Below are positions 34,301 through 46,044 of a DNA stretch of 64,000 bases, piece after piece. The stretch comes from Trypanosoma brucei (lineage: Eukaryota). The DNA lies in NCBI GenBank assembly GCA_000002445.1, contig CH464491.1:3136001-3200000 (forward strand), written 5' to 3'. Below the pieces are notes generated by a model. That model was not told where the DNA came from. It did not search any database and worked only from the letters and a program-made list of their open reading frames with translations. Made by a program: the position numbers and the translations under genes. Position 1 is the first letter of the stretch, and every line of letters begins with the position of its first letter.

Positions 34301-35277
34301 GAGCGAGTAAGTTGTGTGCAAAGTACTATTTGTCTCTGCCAGCACTGCGGCAAATCCAAGCCACAAAGCAGCAGTATGAGCGATTTCTCTACGAGGCTGG
34401 GCTTATTGAGGAAACACCTGTTCGTATGAAGAACAACCGGTTCCTCTATGACCCAGTTGTCACTCTTGAAGACAGTGTGTACGAGTCGGGTGGACCCCGT
34501 TTCAACACCAACTCTGGTAGTGTGAAGTGCATTCTTTCGTGCATCGTCGCCGGCCTCTATCCGAATGTGGCGTGTGTGAAGACAGTGCGAGGTGGAAAGG
34601 GAGGCAACCGTACTAACATCACGACCCTGGACGGGTCGGAAGTTCTTGTTCACCCCTCCAGCGTTGCTGGAAAGGAAAAGGCGTTCGCCTCTCCACTTCT
34701 TGTTTATGTGGATAAGGTGAAAACTTCAGCCACCTTTCTGCGTGAAGTTTCAATGGTGACGCCGCTTCATGTCGTGTTCTTTGGGAGCGGCCGCCTCGAG
34801 TATCTTCCGAAATATGGGGAACTTGTCGTGGACGAGGCAACTGCTTTCAGATGTCAAAGCGAGGATGCTGTATTGTTACGGCACCTAAAGGATCAGTTGG
34901 ATTCAGCCCTTAGCCAAAAGATCAACGACCCGTCTAAGAGTTGGGAATCTACCAGCAGCGTTGTCGTTCGCGCTATTCTCAGGCTTCTGAAAGGTGACTC
35001 GAGCACTGTCCGTGGTTTAACAGTTGTCGACAGGCGCCAGCCACGCGCACCGCTGACTGCCCCGCTGCTGCAGGTCGAGTCAAGCGACGACGCACCAAAA
35101 AAGAAGGACGGCAGCGCCGACAAGAGGACATGTTTTGTGTGTGGTGAGGGCGGTCACGTGGTTAATACCTGCCCACATAAAGCAGCAGCAGCGAAGGGAG
35201 GACCCGTGACGCGCTGCTTCATTTGTGGGGAATGGCACCACCCGACAGATTGCGCAGTAACGACCCCCATGCGTTGA
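31378..35277 (+). CDS. DEAH/RHA-family ATP-dependent RNA helicase, 1299 aa, with N-terminal RWD domain and two C-terminal CCHC zinc knuckles.
   Basis: Helicase motifs GETGSGKT (I), DEIH (II), SAT (III), TNIMETSITI (V), QRQGRAGR (VI), plus HA2/OB-like C-terminal region. RWD-like block with the IRIPDHYPSDPP (YP..PP) motif. Knuckles CFVCGEGGHVVNTC and CFICGEWHHPTDC. Arg/Gly-rich N-terminus. Confidence 0.85.
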   Translation: MGPNRQRKPRELARGRGRGGRCGRGRAAAPAPTAPSSILSRAEKDMVIDVLHHAASGGAVPVSEEHFNPNSGSRIKFQRNSPLTPSEILQRLYEGLGFPPDLVTQYVRDLADESKLPVFNSIGELLAEGGPFQSFLVDSCFELFSYMLWYSREEEGTSLTPEEGDSILQEELEAVRALFDDSFIGLKNFGDDDTDDRELQFSFFTQDDKGVMLSIRIPDHYPSDPPNIFIGPRKQQTGGMSTLAVLPLDTKELPAVARRSILDAAVEAINGFVGEGCLIGLLSSICGAISSVSGLGVVEQLPTPAPCESKEVKAVIAAKRQAFASALSASEDPLALPPEEPSSTTCSLPAKVELGTVDHSDDEVGQVRREFLRNNKQLDAKLKEEWQALRANGTLRNSREQLPAYNAREELRQAVARHRVVVVSGETGSGKTTQIPQYLYEFMCEDGKGSSANIVCTQPRRLAATSVALRVAGERDEAVGGVVGYTIRLENCVSSRTQITYCTTGVVLRRIQVDKFLGRVSHIVVDEIHERGVDTDVLLILLRDLLERRDDLTVVLMSATMDSELFARYFGGSPIINIAGRTFPVQVFHLEEIIPMVNYSLDDGSPYAKWEVRKEERRRNTRKQMLDIDINEIEEARELTAGVHGPSTQLSASHRTLDILSRMNPDVINYELIESIVVYIDTKMGVPGAILIFLPGMVEMTSCMEQLKSNPKLLSSCLIYNLHSSLGSAEQQGVFQHPPKGKRKVVIGTNIMETSITIDDAVFVIDCGKVKENRYDARRSLSQLVTVNTSKANCRQRQGRAGRVREGFCFRLFTSTQFESLDDHQLCEMHRVPLESLVLQIYSLNLGDEVEYLRKALSPPDERAVRSSVKALTTLGALTMDKRLTSLGRHLANLPLDVRIGKMVIHGAILQCVDPVLTIAACLAVRTPFLSAMDYQVEVEGVRRALSGDYMSDHLSSWFAYSKWIAMWHKEGPAGASKLCAKYYLSLPALRQIQATKQQYERFLYEAGLIEETPVRMKNNRFLYDPVVTLEDSVYESGGPRFNTNSGSVKCILSCIVAGLYPNVACVKTVRGGKGGNRTNITTLDGSEVLVHPSSVAGKEKAFASPLLVYVDKVKTSATFLREVSMVTPLHVVFFGSGRLEYLPKYGELVVDEATAFRCQSEDAVLLRHLKDQLDSALSQKINDPSKSWESTSSVVVRAILRLLKGDSSTVRGLTVVDRRQPRAPLTAPLLQVESSDDAPKKKDGSADKRTCFVCGEGGHVVNTCPHKAAAAKGGPVTRCFICGEWHHPTDCAVTTPMR

Positions 35278-35697
35278 GAACCCCCGGATGGTTCACTCAT
35301 ACGTGAGGTTCCCCCCTTTTTTCTACTGTTATTTCCCCATCGAGGGGGATGGGGACAGTCATACTTGCATGTGGCTGATGGATGGAGTAGTGAAAACATA
35401 ATTATCTCTACCGCCTTTTTCATGAATTTTTTTTTCTACTCGTTCTCATCTGCGTCTACCTTTTCTTTTTTCGGTATTATATTTCCATTTTTTTTTATTT
35501 GTTCGCCGTTTAGGGTATAAAGCAAAGACGTCTTGGAAGAGATCGTGATTTTCCTGCCTTATTCGTACCATTACTGCACAAAGGGAGAGGAAACGGAACT
35601 CAAGTGACGGCTTTACACGATATCTCAAGTGTTCAAAAAGAAAGAAAGAGAAGAAGGTGAGCGCAGAAGCGAGCGGTCAAATTCACAGGTTAACACA

Positions 35698-36351
35698 ATG
35701 GCAGCTGTCACCCAGCAGGGGAATGACACCCGGAAGCTGCGATGCAATGTTTACGTAGCCAGCCTTCCATTAGATTTTGACGACGACCAACTCTTTGACC
35801 TTTTCTCCCCGTACGGCCGCATAAGCTCTGCGCGGATTATGCGATCGAAAGGAGCGCGACAATCCAGAGGCTACGGCTTTGTGTTATTTAGGCACGCCTC
35901 CTCCGCTGAAAAGGCGATTGACTCGTTGGTGGGTTACGTCATTGGTGGAAGCCGTATTCAAGTTCGACTGGCCCATCCGGAGGCCTCCGTTGCGTACAGC
36001 GGGCAGCGTGGATCCCGCAGTGGAAACTCAACGCCTGGTGCCCTTCCTGAAAAGACGTTACCGGCGGCCTCAGGAGTAATTACTCCACCACCACCGTCAT
36101 CTGCAATTATTTCGCACCCCAATGATTCTGGTATGATGGTTCAAACATACCCCATTACGACGATGTACCCAACTATGTACCCATCTGTCGTTCCGCAGAT
36201 AATCGCTCAACCTCAAGCACCCGTACCGGCTGCTATGCAGCAAGTTGTGTTTCTCCCGCAATACGCACAACAGTCAAACCAATCAACACCACCGACATTT
36301 TATATGATGGTACCAGACGCCATGCAGGCCGTTCCTCCTACGCTGTCGTAA
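35698..36351 (+). CDS. Single-RRM RNA-binding protein (about 217 aa from Met MAAVTQQ) with Q/P/M-rich C-terminal low-complexity tail.
   Basis: RNP2 VYVASL and RNP1 RGYGFVLF. Paralog of 29538-29930. C-terminus PQAPVPAAMQQVVFLPQYAQQ. Followed by a 9.7-kb ORF-free tract. Confidence 0.7.
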   Translation: MAAVTQQGNDTRKLRCNVYVASLPLDFDDDQLFDLFSPYGRISSARIMRSKGARQSRGYGFVLFRHASSAEKAIDSLVGYVIGGSRIQVRLAHPEASVAYSGQRGSRSGNSTPGALPEKTLPAASGVITPPPPSSAIISHPNDSGMMVQTYPITTMYPTMYPSVVPQIIAQPQAPVPAAMQQVVFLPQYAQQSNQSTPPTFYMMVPDAMQAVPPTLS

Positions 36352-39300
36352 AGGGAGGACTATCTGAAGTAGAAGGTCCCCTCCGTGTTATTACAATCGG
36401 GAATATCTCCACTTTCTTTCTTTCCTCTTTTTTCTTGCTTATTTTACTTCTTTTACCTTCCACCCATCTTTCCATTCACACCATTTTTTTTTTCCGCGCA
36501 TTTTTCTTTCTTCCTTCTCCTTGATTTTTTTTTTGTTGCTCTCCGTCTCTCAGGCAGAGTCTGGTGTAATCGGACCAATTTACGGTTAAAATCAGCCGAT
36601 GGGCGAGATGAAACACTTATGAACGACGTATGTTTATGTTCCTATATGAATTAATATATGCACATTTGCATTATTAAATTTCTTCTCTCCCGCACGCAGG
36701 CACGCACACACGTTGGGATGTGCATGTAGTTGTGAGGATGGTTCTTCCAAACCTTTAGGAACTGAGGGAGGGGGGAAATGATGCATTTTCTAAATATAAT
36801 TATGGGGATACATCCATACGATGTGACACGAGTGAAGAAGCAAAAGAGAGAGAGGGGGGAGGAAGGAAAAGAAAAAGAGAGAAAAGGAAACAAGAGGACA
36901 TACTCACACACATGCAAAACAACAACAACCACATTAAAAAAAAAAAGAAACGGTCATTCCGCCGTGTTTTTTTTTCTTTTCGCTTTTGTTGTGCGGCTGT
37001 TTCCAACAACTCCCTTCTGCTCCTCCTCCTCCTCCTCTAATTCCCTTTCTTTCCTTCCCCTCTTTCTTTTCCCTCTACTCCTCTTTCTTCTTGTTTTTGT
37101 TTCTATTTTGTTTCCATTTTTTTTTTCCTTTTTATGACTCATGCATATGTGTGATGAAAAAGAGGGGAAAGATATTAAATGATATATAATATATAATACT
37201 TTTGACGGAAGAGAAAAAGAAAGAACAACAACCTGTTGCACAAAGTGGCAACTTCTATTAATAAATAACAGCAAACCATTTAAGGAAGAGAGATGAAGTA
37301 AAAGCAAAGTAATAACAGTATAATAATATTGCTTTGAAACAAAGGAAGAAGGAAAGGAAGCAGAAACAACAAAGAGGGATTTGAGAATTGAGAAATACAG
37401 GTAACACTACTAGTGTTACTATTTTGTGATTACATGGCATATTTATTATATCTTTGCACATATCAGCAGCAGGCCACCTGCCTGTCTTTTTTTTTCTTTT
37501 TCTTTTTTCTTTTTTTTTGCTGCTGTCGTTGCTCTTTTTTTTTTCCCCCACTCCTCTTTTCTTTTTGTTTATATTATAATTTATTTATTTTTATACGCTC
37601 CGTTTCCTCTTTTTTATTGTCTGTTTTTTAAGAAAAAAAAATATAATGGAGTTAAATAAAGAAAGAGGAATGAAAGTGTTTGAGAAAATAAGGAACACGC
37701 GGATTTGGAGGAAATGAATGGATGAATGGAAAAAGGAGGAAAAGGAAAAAAAGGCAGGAAAAAACTGTCGCGTGAGTGTTAATTTTTTTTATTAAAAAAA
37801 AAAAGCAATCAAATAAATTAACAAAACTAAAAAAATTGTGTAATTGAGAGAAAAAGTATAAACAGATCCGTAATACCTGAAACTATCAATGGCGATAACC
37901 AAAAAACAACTTTTAAAAGGTCTCTCTTTTTCTTTTCTTCTTCTTCTTTTTTCTTTCTTTTTTTTTAAAAAAAAGGAGAGGAAAATAAGTGAAGTTAAAG
38001 GAGAGGAAAATAAGGAGAAGGAGAAGGAGGAGAGGAGGATGGGAGAAGGAGGAGGAAAAAAAAAAAAAAGAGACAGGAAGACGGGTTAAACAGTGGAAGA
38101 ATGGAAAAGGTTGTTTTTTTTTTTTTACTTTTTGCATAAATCGTGCCGATAATTAATTAATTTTTTTTTTCGTTTTAAAAAGAAAAAAAAATCAAACGCG
38201 GTGAATAAATGGGGATAGACGCAGAAAAAGTAAAAGTAAAAGATATAAATGACGTGTGTGCGTGTGTGTATGTGTGTATGAGGAAAGTAACAAGAAGTGG
38301 CAGGCAAAATTGTAAACAAATAAATAATTATAAATAAACGGAAAGAAGAAAGATAATAAAGAGGGAAGTGGAAAGCTGTCAAATGCACTCCCTTTTTTTA
38401 TTTTTATTTTTCTTTTTCCTGTTTTGTTTTACATGTATGCGTGGAATGCTTACTTCGCGCGGATAACTCTTTTTATCCTATCTCTCTCTCTTTTTTCTCC
38501 GTTTTTTTTTTACCTCCTTTTTGATATTATCATTATTATTAATACTATGATGATTGTCGTGACTATAATGATTATTATTTTTATGATTTAATAGCCAGCG
38601 GTCCTCACACTAAAATATGCGAAAAAAAAAAGCGTTAATAAGTAAGGAGGTAAATAAAAATTGAAAAAAAAGAAACAGACGAAAATCATAAAATGAAGGT
38701 AACAAAAAAAAAATGTACGAGGGAATGCCAACAACATCAGCACACACGCGCAAACAAAAAAAAACAGTTGGGGATATGTTTGTTTGTTTGTGTATGTGTT
38801 TGTGTGTGGGGGGGGAGGGAAGGGGAGAAGCAAATAGCGATCCCATTGCAAGTATATGACATCACCCATTTTCCTATAATAATAATAATTATTATTATTT
38901 GTATTTGTGTTTGTGTTTGTGCTTTTGTTCATTCCCTCGTTTTCCTACTTGCGTTTGTTCCTGTTCTTGTTCTTGCTTTTTTTTTCTTTTCTCATCTTTT
39001 CTACCTCCTCCTCCTCCTCCTCATTATTATTATTATTATTACCGAATTCTCTCTTCATTTTGTATGCGTGTATGCGTATGTATGCATGCGCCTCTATTTT
39101 AATGTTTGTGTTGAATTCAAATGAATTCACCCATGCCGTATTTGTGCCCCACCCCTTTTTATGCCGTGTGCTTGTATGAGTTCGTATAATTTTTTTTGTT
39201 TACATCCATATAAATATAAATTATATTTATATTTATACGCTTGCATTATTCCCAAAAGAAAAAAAAATGCCGTATTTATTTATGATATTCGTTTAACAAT

Positions 39301-40771
39301 GTGCTTGATTGTTTCAATTTCTTTCTCTTACTTTCCTCTGTGTGTGTGTGTTTGTGTTTCTTCAACTTTCTGCTAGTGGCTTCGCTCCTTTATTTTCTTC
39401 CTTTTATTTTTCTTCTTTTTTTTTGTTTTGTTTTCACTTCCACTTTTTATTTCATTGAATGTGTCCCTTTTTTTGGCAGGTAACATATGGGAATATTTAT
39501 TGGGAAATAAGAGAAGAACAAAAAAGTGGTGTAGAAAACATTATTGAAACCAAAAGGAGAAATTTAAAGTAACGAAAAAGAAGGAACGTGGAAAGCGAGT
39601 TAAAGGTATCACTTTTTAAAAATTTTTTTTTAAAAAAAGAAGAGGGAAAATGAAACAAAATATAAAATAAATCAGGTAAACAACAACAACAACATCATCA
39701 TCAAAAAAAAAGCAACATTAAACAAAGAGGGAGATAAAGAAGGGGGAGAAAAGAGGAGGTTCAATGAAGAATTATGAGCATTTTTTCCTTTTTTTAAAAA
39801 AAAGACCTAAAATCTTCTTTAAAATTTTACTTTCATTCATTTTTTTTTACTTTTTTCTTTTCTAAATAGCAGTGTGGAAAAATCAGTGCACATATTTTTC
39901 GAATTGTTTCAAAGTGAAGACAGCAAAAAAAGAGAGAAAGGAAATATTCTAAAAAGAAGAGATAATAAGAAAAAAATGAAAAAAGGAAGGATATAGTGCC
40001 TGATGTGCTCACCGAAATCGACCAAGTAATAATAATAATAATGAAAATAATCCGAATATGAAGATGACATATTAAATATTAAATATTAAAAAAAAATATA
40101 TATATATATCTTTACAGTGACTATTCCTCTTTTCCCCCTCCCTTCTTACTACTTCGAAACAACAACAACAACAACAAAGAAAAACACTCTGTGGAAACAG
40201 GAAGAAGAAAAAAAGAAACACACGTACTGCAACACATGGAAATGTTCAGAAGAACAAATCATATAAACATATATTTATTTATTTAAAATATTGTTAGTAA
40301 CATGAGCGTAAACACACAAGCGAATGGTTAAAAGGCAATGATGATAACACAGTAGGAAATGAAGCAAATGTGTAGGCGTACCCATGCTATAAAGAGGGAA
40401 AGTAAAAGTGATGATTTTGCTCTTTTGTCTTTTGTCTTTTGTCTTTTTTGTTTTCTTTTTGTCTTTTTTGTTTTGTGAGTGTGTGTGTTGTTAAACAAAT
40501 TATAAAATAAAGCAGATGCGGCGAAAAAAAAAATGGGAAGAATGAAAGAAAGGAATATATATATATATATATATATTTATGTTTATTTATGTTTATGCTC
40601 ATACATCTGAGAACGGGTGGAAAAGGGATTACAAATGGTGGCATCGAGTATTTTTCAAAGCAGGAGGCAAATTGCGGGAAGAAGAAGGGATATGAGGGGG
40701 TGGGTTTGCGGAGAAATTTGTGTGTATATATGTGCTAAAAAAGACAAAAACAAGAACAAAAAACTGCAAAT

Positions 40772-40822
<51 letters not shown>

Positions 40823-43800
40823 TTATTTATTTATATCTATGTTTCAATATTTTCGCATATTTATATGTGACCTTGATCTCTCTGAGTTTATTCTGTGTAT
40901 ACAATTAGCATATGTATATTATATGTTAGTTTGCTGGCTTAACTCGCTTCGTTTATATTTGTAACTTTCCTCTTTTGTTTGTTTGTTTGTTGCGGAAGGG
41001 AATTTGACTGGACGTGTCCGTCTTTTTGTTTTTGTTTGCAACTGTTCTTTTTTGTGTGTTTCTTATTTAATTACTTTTTGACTGTGTATTTGTGTGGATA
41101 TTTATACGCAAATATCTATATCTATATATATGTATTTATATACATATGAACTTATATGAGTATAAATATAAATTTGAATGAGAATGAATAGACACGAAAA
41201 GAGCCATTATGTTGAAGTAAGTAAGCCGAACCCAGATGAAATTATATAGGGTGAGAAGGGTTGGAAATAATAATAATAATAATAATAATATATATATATA
41301 TATATATAATCATGGATGTGAGCTCAGTGTTGTTGTTGTTATAATGATTATTTTCTTTTGCCCTCATGCAAATGCTGACGGACTCGAACACGTGGGGACC
41401 ACCACATCGTCTTACTTTCCCTTCCTCTTTTTTTTTTGTTTTCTCCTTCTTATATGTTTTTTTGTTTTAATTCTAATTGGCTCGTTGCGTTTTGTTTGGT
41501 TGAGCTATTTTCGACACGAACCCGCTATGGTAGTTTTTTTTTGTTACTCTGTTTCTGCCTACTTGGTTACGTTAACTTTTTTCTTTTTTCTTTTTTCTTT
41601 TTTTCCATTTGTTTCTTCGCATGGAGGTGAGTATTCATGAAAAGTGATGGAGAGTAATTTAGAGGAAGCGAAGGGGAAGAAAAGAGCGGAGGGGGAAAAA
41701 AAAAAGGATTGTTTTGGGAGAGAAAGGGGAGAAATAAAAAAAGTTGTTGCTGTTGTTATTGTTATTAAAAAAAAAAACAAAAACAAGAGAGGTTTTAATT
41801 AGAGCGAGGAAAGAGAAAGGTGAAGGAAAGAAGGAAAGGGGGGAGGGAAAAAGTTTGTATTGGCGGTGGGATTTGAGGTGCAACGGATCCGAAATCACGG
41901 AACAATTACATTTAATCTCATTTCTCTGCGGTCATGTTGAGCCGTAAGGAACCCTCGCATACGGGAACCTTCACCATTTTCTTTTTATATTTTTCTCTTT
42001 CTTTTTTTTCTTTTTTCTTTTTTTTTTAAAAAAACATGGAGATGACATTGGATAACAAAACAAATACGCCCATATTTAAATATTTACATATTTATGCAAC
42101 TGTTAATTCATTAAAAGGTGGAGGGGAGGGAATGAACAGAACCAACAATGATGGGGGAAGGGGTTTAACAATGAATAAGTGAAACAGTGGATCAAGTGAA
42201 AATTATTGTATTTATGTTTTATATTAATATAAATACAAATTTAAACGAATTTGAATAAATAACTGAATTTAAGCAATATAATAAATCTATATACGGACAT
42301 GTAGAGTTGCACTTTTTTTTTTTAATTTGAAAGGTTATGAAATTAAAAACAGTTGCGACTGCTTCAGCAAATGAGGAATGTTTCCGTTTCTAAGTGTCAA
42401 TGTCCGTGTGAGTGGCTGAGAGGACGAAAAATATGAATAATATGACAAAAATAGAAGAAGCACAATCGAAGAGACAAACAGAAAAAAAGAAGCATAACGA
42501 AGAATATATAAGCCACGTAAAATATTTAAATGAAATAAAACAAAATGAGGAAGCACTATATTGGACACACAATGAGAAACAGCGGAAGTAATGACAAAAT
42601 TCACTCTTCCCCTCCTTTTATTATTATTATTGTTATTGTTATTATCTTAGTTTCCTCCCTTTTTTTTTTAACATTTGTGACGTGGCGTTTCTTTATTTAC
42701 GTTTTTGGTGGGTTCGTTACCACCGCTCTTCTCGGTGCATGTGTATATGTATATGCTTGCTCACTTTTTTCCCTTGTTTTTTAATATTAATCATATTATT
42801 ATTATTACAATCATATCCCTTGGTTCCATCTACAACCTTTCGTGGGGCAGATATTTATGTCCCCTATATTCCTTTCTCTTTTAAAAAAAAATCTTTATTT
42901 ATTTGATCTGGTTCTTTTTTCCTCTTTATATATATATATATATATTAACGAAACTACTTTTGTTTTTTTAAATTTTTTTACTATTACGGCACAAGCGAGT
43001 GAATCCTCACCCAAAACGGCGGGGAAGGAGCATCAACTTGTGAGGTTCCTCATGAAAAATATAAATATTGCATGCGGATACCAAACTTGCCGATGCTTAC
43101 ACGCATTAAAAAAGAAGGTTTCGTTTTGTATTTTTGAAAAAAAAAACAAAGAAGGAAAAGGAAAGATACATATATATATAAATATGAATGCAAAGAGAAA
43201 ATTAATAGACAAGGAGAGGGGCGTAACTCGAGCTTCCTTCAAGTGTTTTTCCTTTTCATTTTATCAATATTATTTTATTTATCTTTTCTCGGTGTTGTTC
43301 TTCTTTTATCTTTTCTTCTATCCTTTTCACGTGACACTATTTCCTTTGGTTGAAACTAACGAATAATATACGCCTGTGCATAAGCGATGGTGAGTGACTA
43401 AATGAATAAATAAATAAATGCTCTTTTGAATAAATGGAGGGAATATTTAAGACTCAGAAACGTAAGTTACGAGGAGGAAGGAGGAAAAAGGGACGAGAGG
43501 TGTCTTTCCTTCTTTATTTTTGCCTTTTATTGTGTGCACTTTTGCTACTCCTCGTTGCCGCATTTCCGTTCTTCCGTAACGGGGGGGGGGAAAAAAAAAG
43601 GAATTGTGCGTTTGGTAAAGAAATGAAGGTATAGAAGCGGCTTCCGCTTGTCCCCGCATGTCCTCGTGCATGTTTAAAGCCGCGCTCTTCCCTCCATTCG
43701 TGCTGATGAGTATTTGTTCATAAATATGAGAGGAAATATATATATATATATATTTATAGGTATATATTTACTTGACTTCTCTTTTCCTCTTTTTTTAATT

Positions 43801-46044
43801 ATTGTAAACTTTTATATTTATGTACATGCACATTAAGAGCGCACCCTAATGTCGTATTGCGGTGATGATTCACCGTTGTTACCCATCATCATGGCCAAAG
43901 TAATAATTATATATATATATATTATTGCATTCTCATTATGGTGCCCTTTTTCTTCCCTTTCCCTTTCTACTTACCTTCTTTGTTATCATAATTATTAAAA
44001 CTGTACGTACTTTACCTCAATTAAGCAATAATGGTAACCGAAAGTAGAAGAAGAAAAGGAAAAAAAAGGATGCGGAAGGATAATTACGCACAACACTTTA
44101 ATTATTATTATTATTATTACATTATTATTACTATTATTATTGTTTGTTCCTTTGTGTACTTCCTTGCCACTTATACGCGTACCTTTCATTGCTTTGGCAC
44201 TGATCATATGAATTAAATTTAAGGATTTTAATTATGGTGATGATTGTTGTTATTAAAAAAAAACAATAATAACTATTATTTTATATTGTGCCTTTACTCG
44301 TTGCAACCATCATACCCTCGTGGATTGCATTGTTTCGTTGGCGTGGAGGTAACAAACCACATAAACGAGCCAAATGACTGCACATATAGCGGAAGGAAAT
44401 AAAACAAAGGAGAAAGTAAAGCAAATTAAAAAAAAGAGGGAGCGAGAAGGATTTAAAAGAAACATTTTTTTTTCTTAAAGATGAGTCGACTTCTACCATT
44501 CGTGTTTATCGATCCATATTTGTATATGTTTATTTATTTATTTGTATATACGAAAAGAAGATAAGGAATGGGGGAAAAGAGGCATGAAGAAGTGAGAAGA
44601 GGATGAGGAAGAGAAGGAAATAAAAGAAAAGAAAAGAAAAAAAAAGCGATAGAAAACAGAAAGAAAAAGGAAAAAGAAAAAAAAATGAAGAAAAGAGAAC
44701 AAGGTGCTGGTGTGCCGCGTACTTGAAATTCACACTGTTCCCGTTCTTTCACATCGAAGTTGGGAAACCAATAAAACAAGAGGTATAAATCATATCATAA
44801 TTATTACTGTTTGGAGATGACTTTCTTTTCTTTTCTTTTTGTTTTTCTCTTTTTTTTTTTTTTACCCCTCTCCCATTCAGCTTTTCTTTTGTGTACCTTT
44901 TCTTTACAGCACTCTGTGTTTCAACCGACCGGATAATGGAGACCAGCAAAAACAACCACAAAATGCGAGTAAAACCAGAGCAGCAAGAAAAGAAGCGAAA
45001 AAGACAGCGCCCATTTATGGGTTTATTTACTTTAAAATTAAAATATATATATATATATATATTATACTCACATATTTGTGTGGTGACGAAGGTAAGGAAA
45101 GGGGAAATTATTGCAAGTTGTTTATATGAAACTGGCAAACAAAAACTCTTTTTCTATCTTTTTTTTTTAAAAAAAAGAAAAAGAGAAGAGGGGAGAGGAG
45201 AGGAGAGGAGGATTTCAAAAAAAAAAAAGAAGCAAGTGCGTGTGCGCACGGATGGCTGGACGGACTTTAACACATGGTGCAACACGATTTGATTTTCAGT
45301 TTGCTTTTCATTTTCTTCGATCCGACAGATAACTGCTCCGTGGGAATGACTTGCTCTCTTTTTTTTTTTAATTATTATTATAATTATTATGATTTCGTTT
45401 CGTAAATGATTTCCACTTTCCCAGTCCCTGCTGCACTTCATATCCGCGCAACATTTTCTTTGTTTTGTTTTGCTTATTCTTACCCTTCTTGTTATCTTTG
45501 TTTTTTTTAAAATTATTGCTTATTTATATTAGTTTCTATAGGGAATAGTCATATAATTTAGTTGTTTGAGACTGTGAGTCACAAGGCAGCGCCGCTTGAA
45601 CTTTCCAGCATATTGAGATGAGGAACCTGCAGACCCACACATGAAAGGGGTAATATGATTCTTTTTTTAAAAAAAAATATATAAATATATTCTGCTTTTC
45701 ATCCAAGAATAATAATAATGAAAAAGAAAGGTGCAATCCTTTTTGTTTTCAAGGAAAGGTCAGTCAATTTTTCCTCTCTTTCTTTTTCGGTTTCTTCGTG
45801 TGCCTGTTTGTTTTTTATATTGTTGTTTTCACACCAGTTAACAAGGGCTTTGTGCTCCGCAAAGTTAGCATCATAAAGTAAGGCGATAGAATACAAAAGA
45901 AAAAAAAGCTCCATCAAGAAAAGAGCGGGAGGAAAAAAAAAGAAAAATTATACACCGAAGATATATAGAAAGGGGCCATAAGCCTCGCATATAGCAACAA
46001 ACAAGGAGGACAGACAAAAGGAAAAAAAAAGGGAGGACCAGGAT
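36352..46044. repeat. About 9.7-kb ORF-free low-complexity tract. Alternating polypyrimidine and polypurine blocks with (TA)n, (ATT)n, (CCT)n and (CTTTTGT)n microsatellites and homopolymer runs.
   Basis: All ORFs in this interval on the track are translations of simple repeats (poly-F/L/K/S). Strand composition flips every 100-400 bp. Located between two plus-strand genes. Confidence 0.85.
40775..40818. repeat. (AT)22 microsatellite.
   Basis: Direct inspection. Confidence 0.95.

Noticed and set aside
36385-45441. Dozens of 60-140-aa ORFs on both strands in the desert (poly-F/L/S/K/I translations).
   Set aside because: They are translations of homopolymer and microsatellite DNA and have no complexity. 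Not genes.
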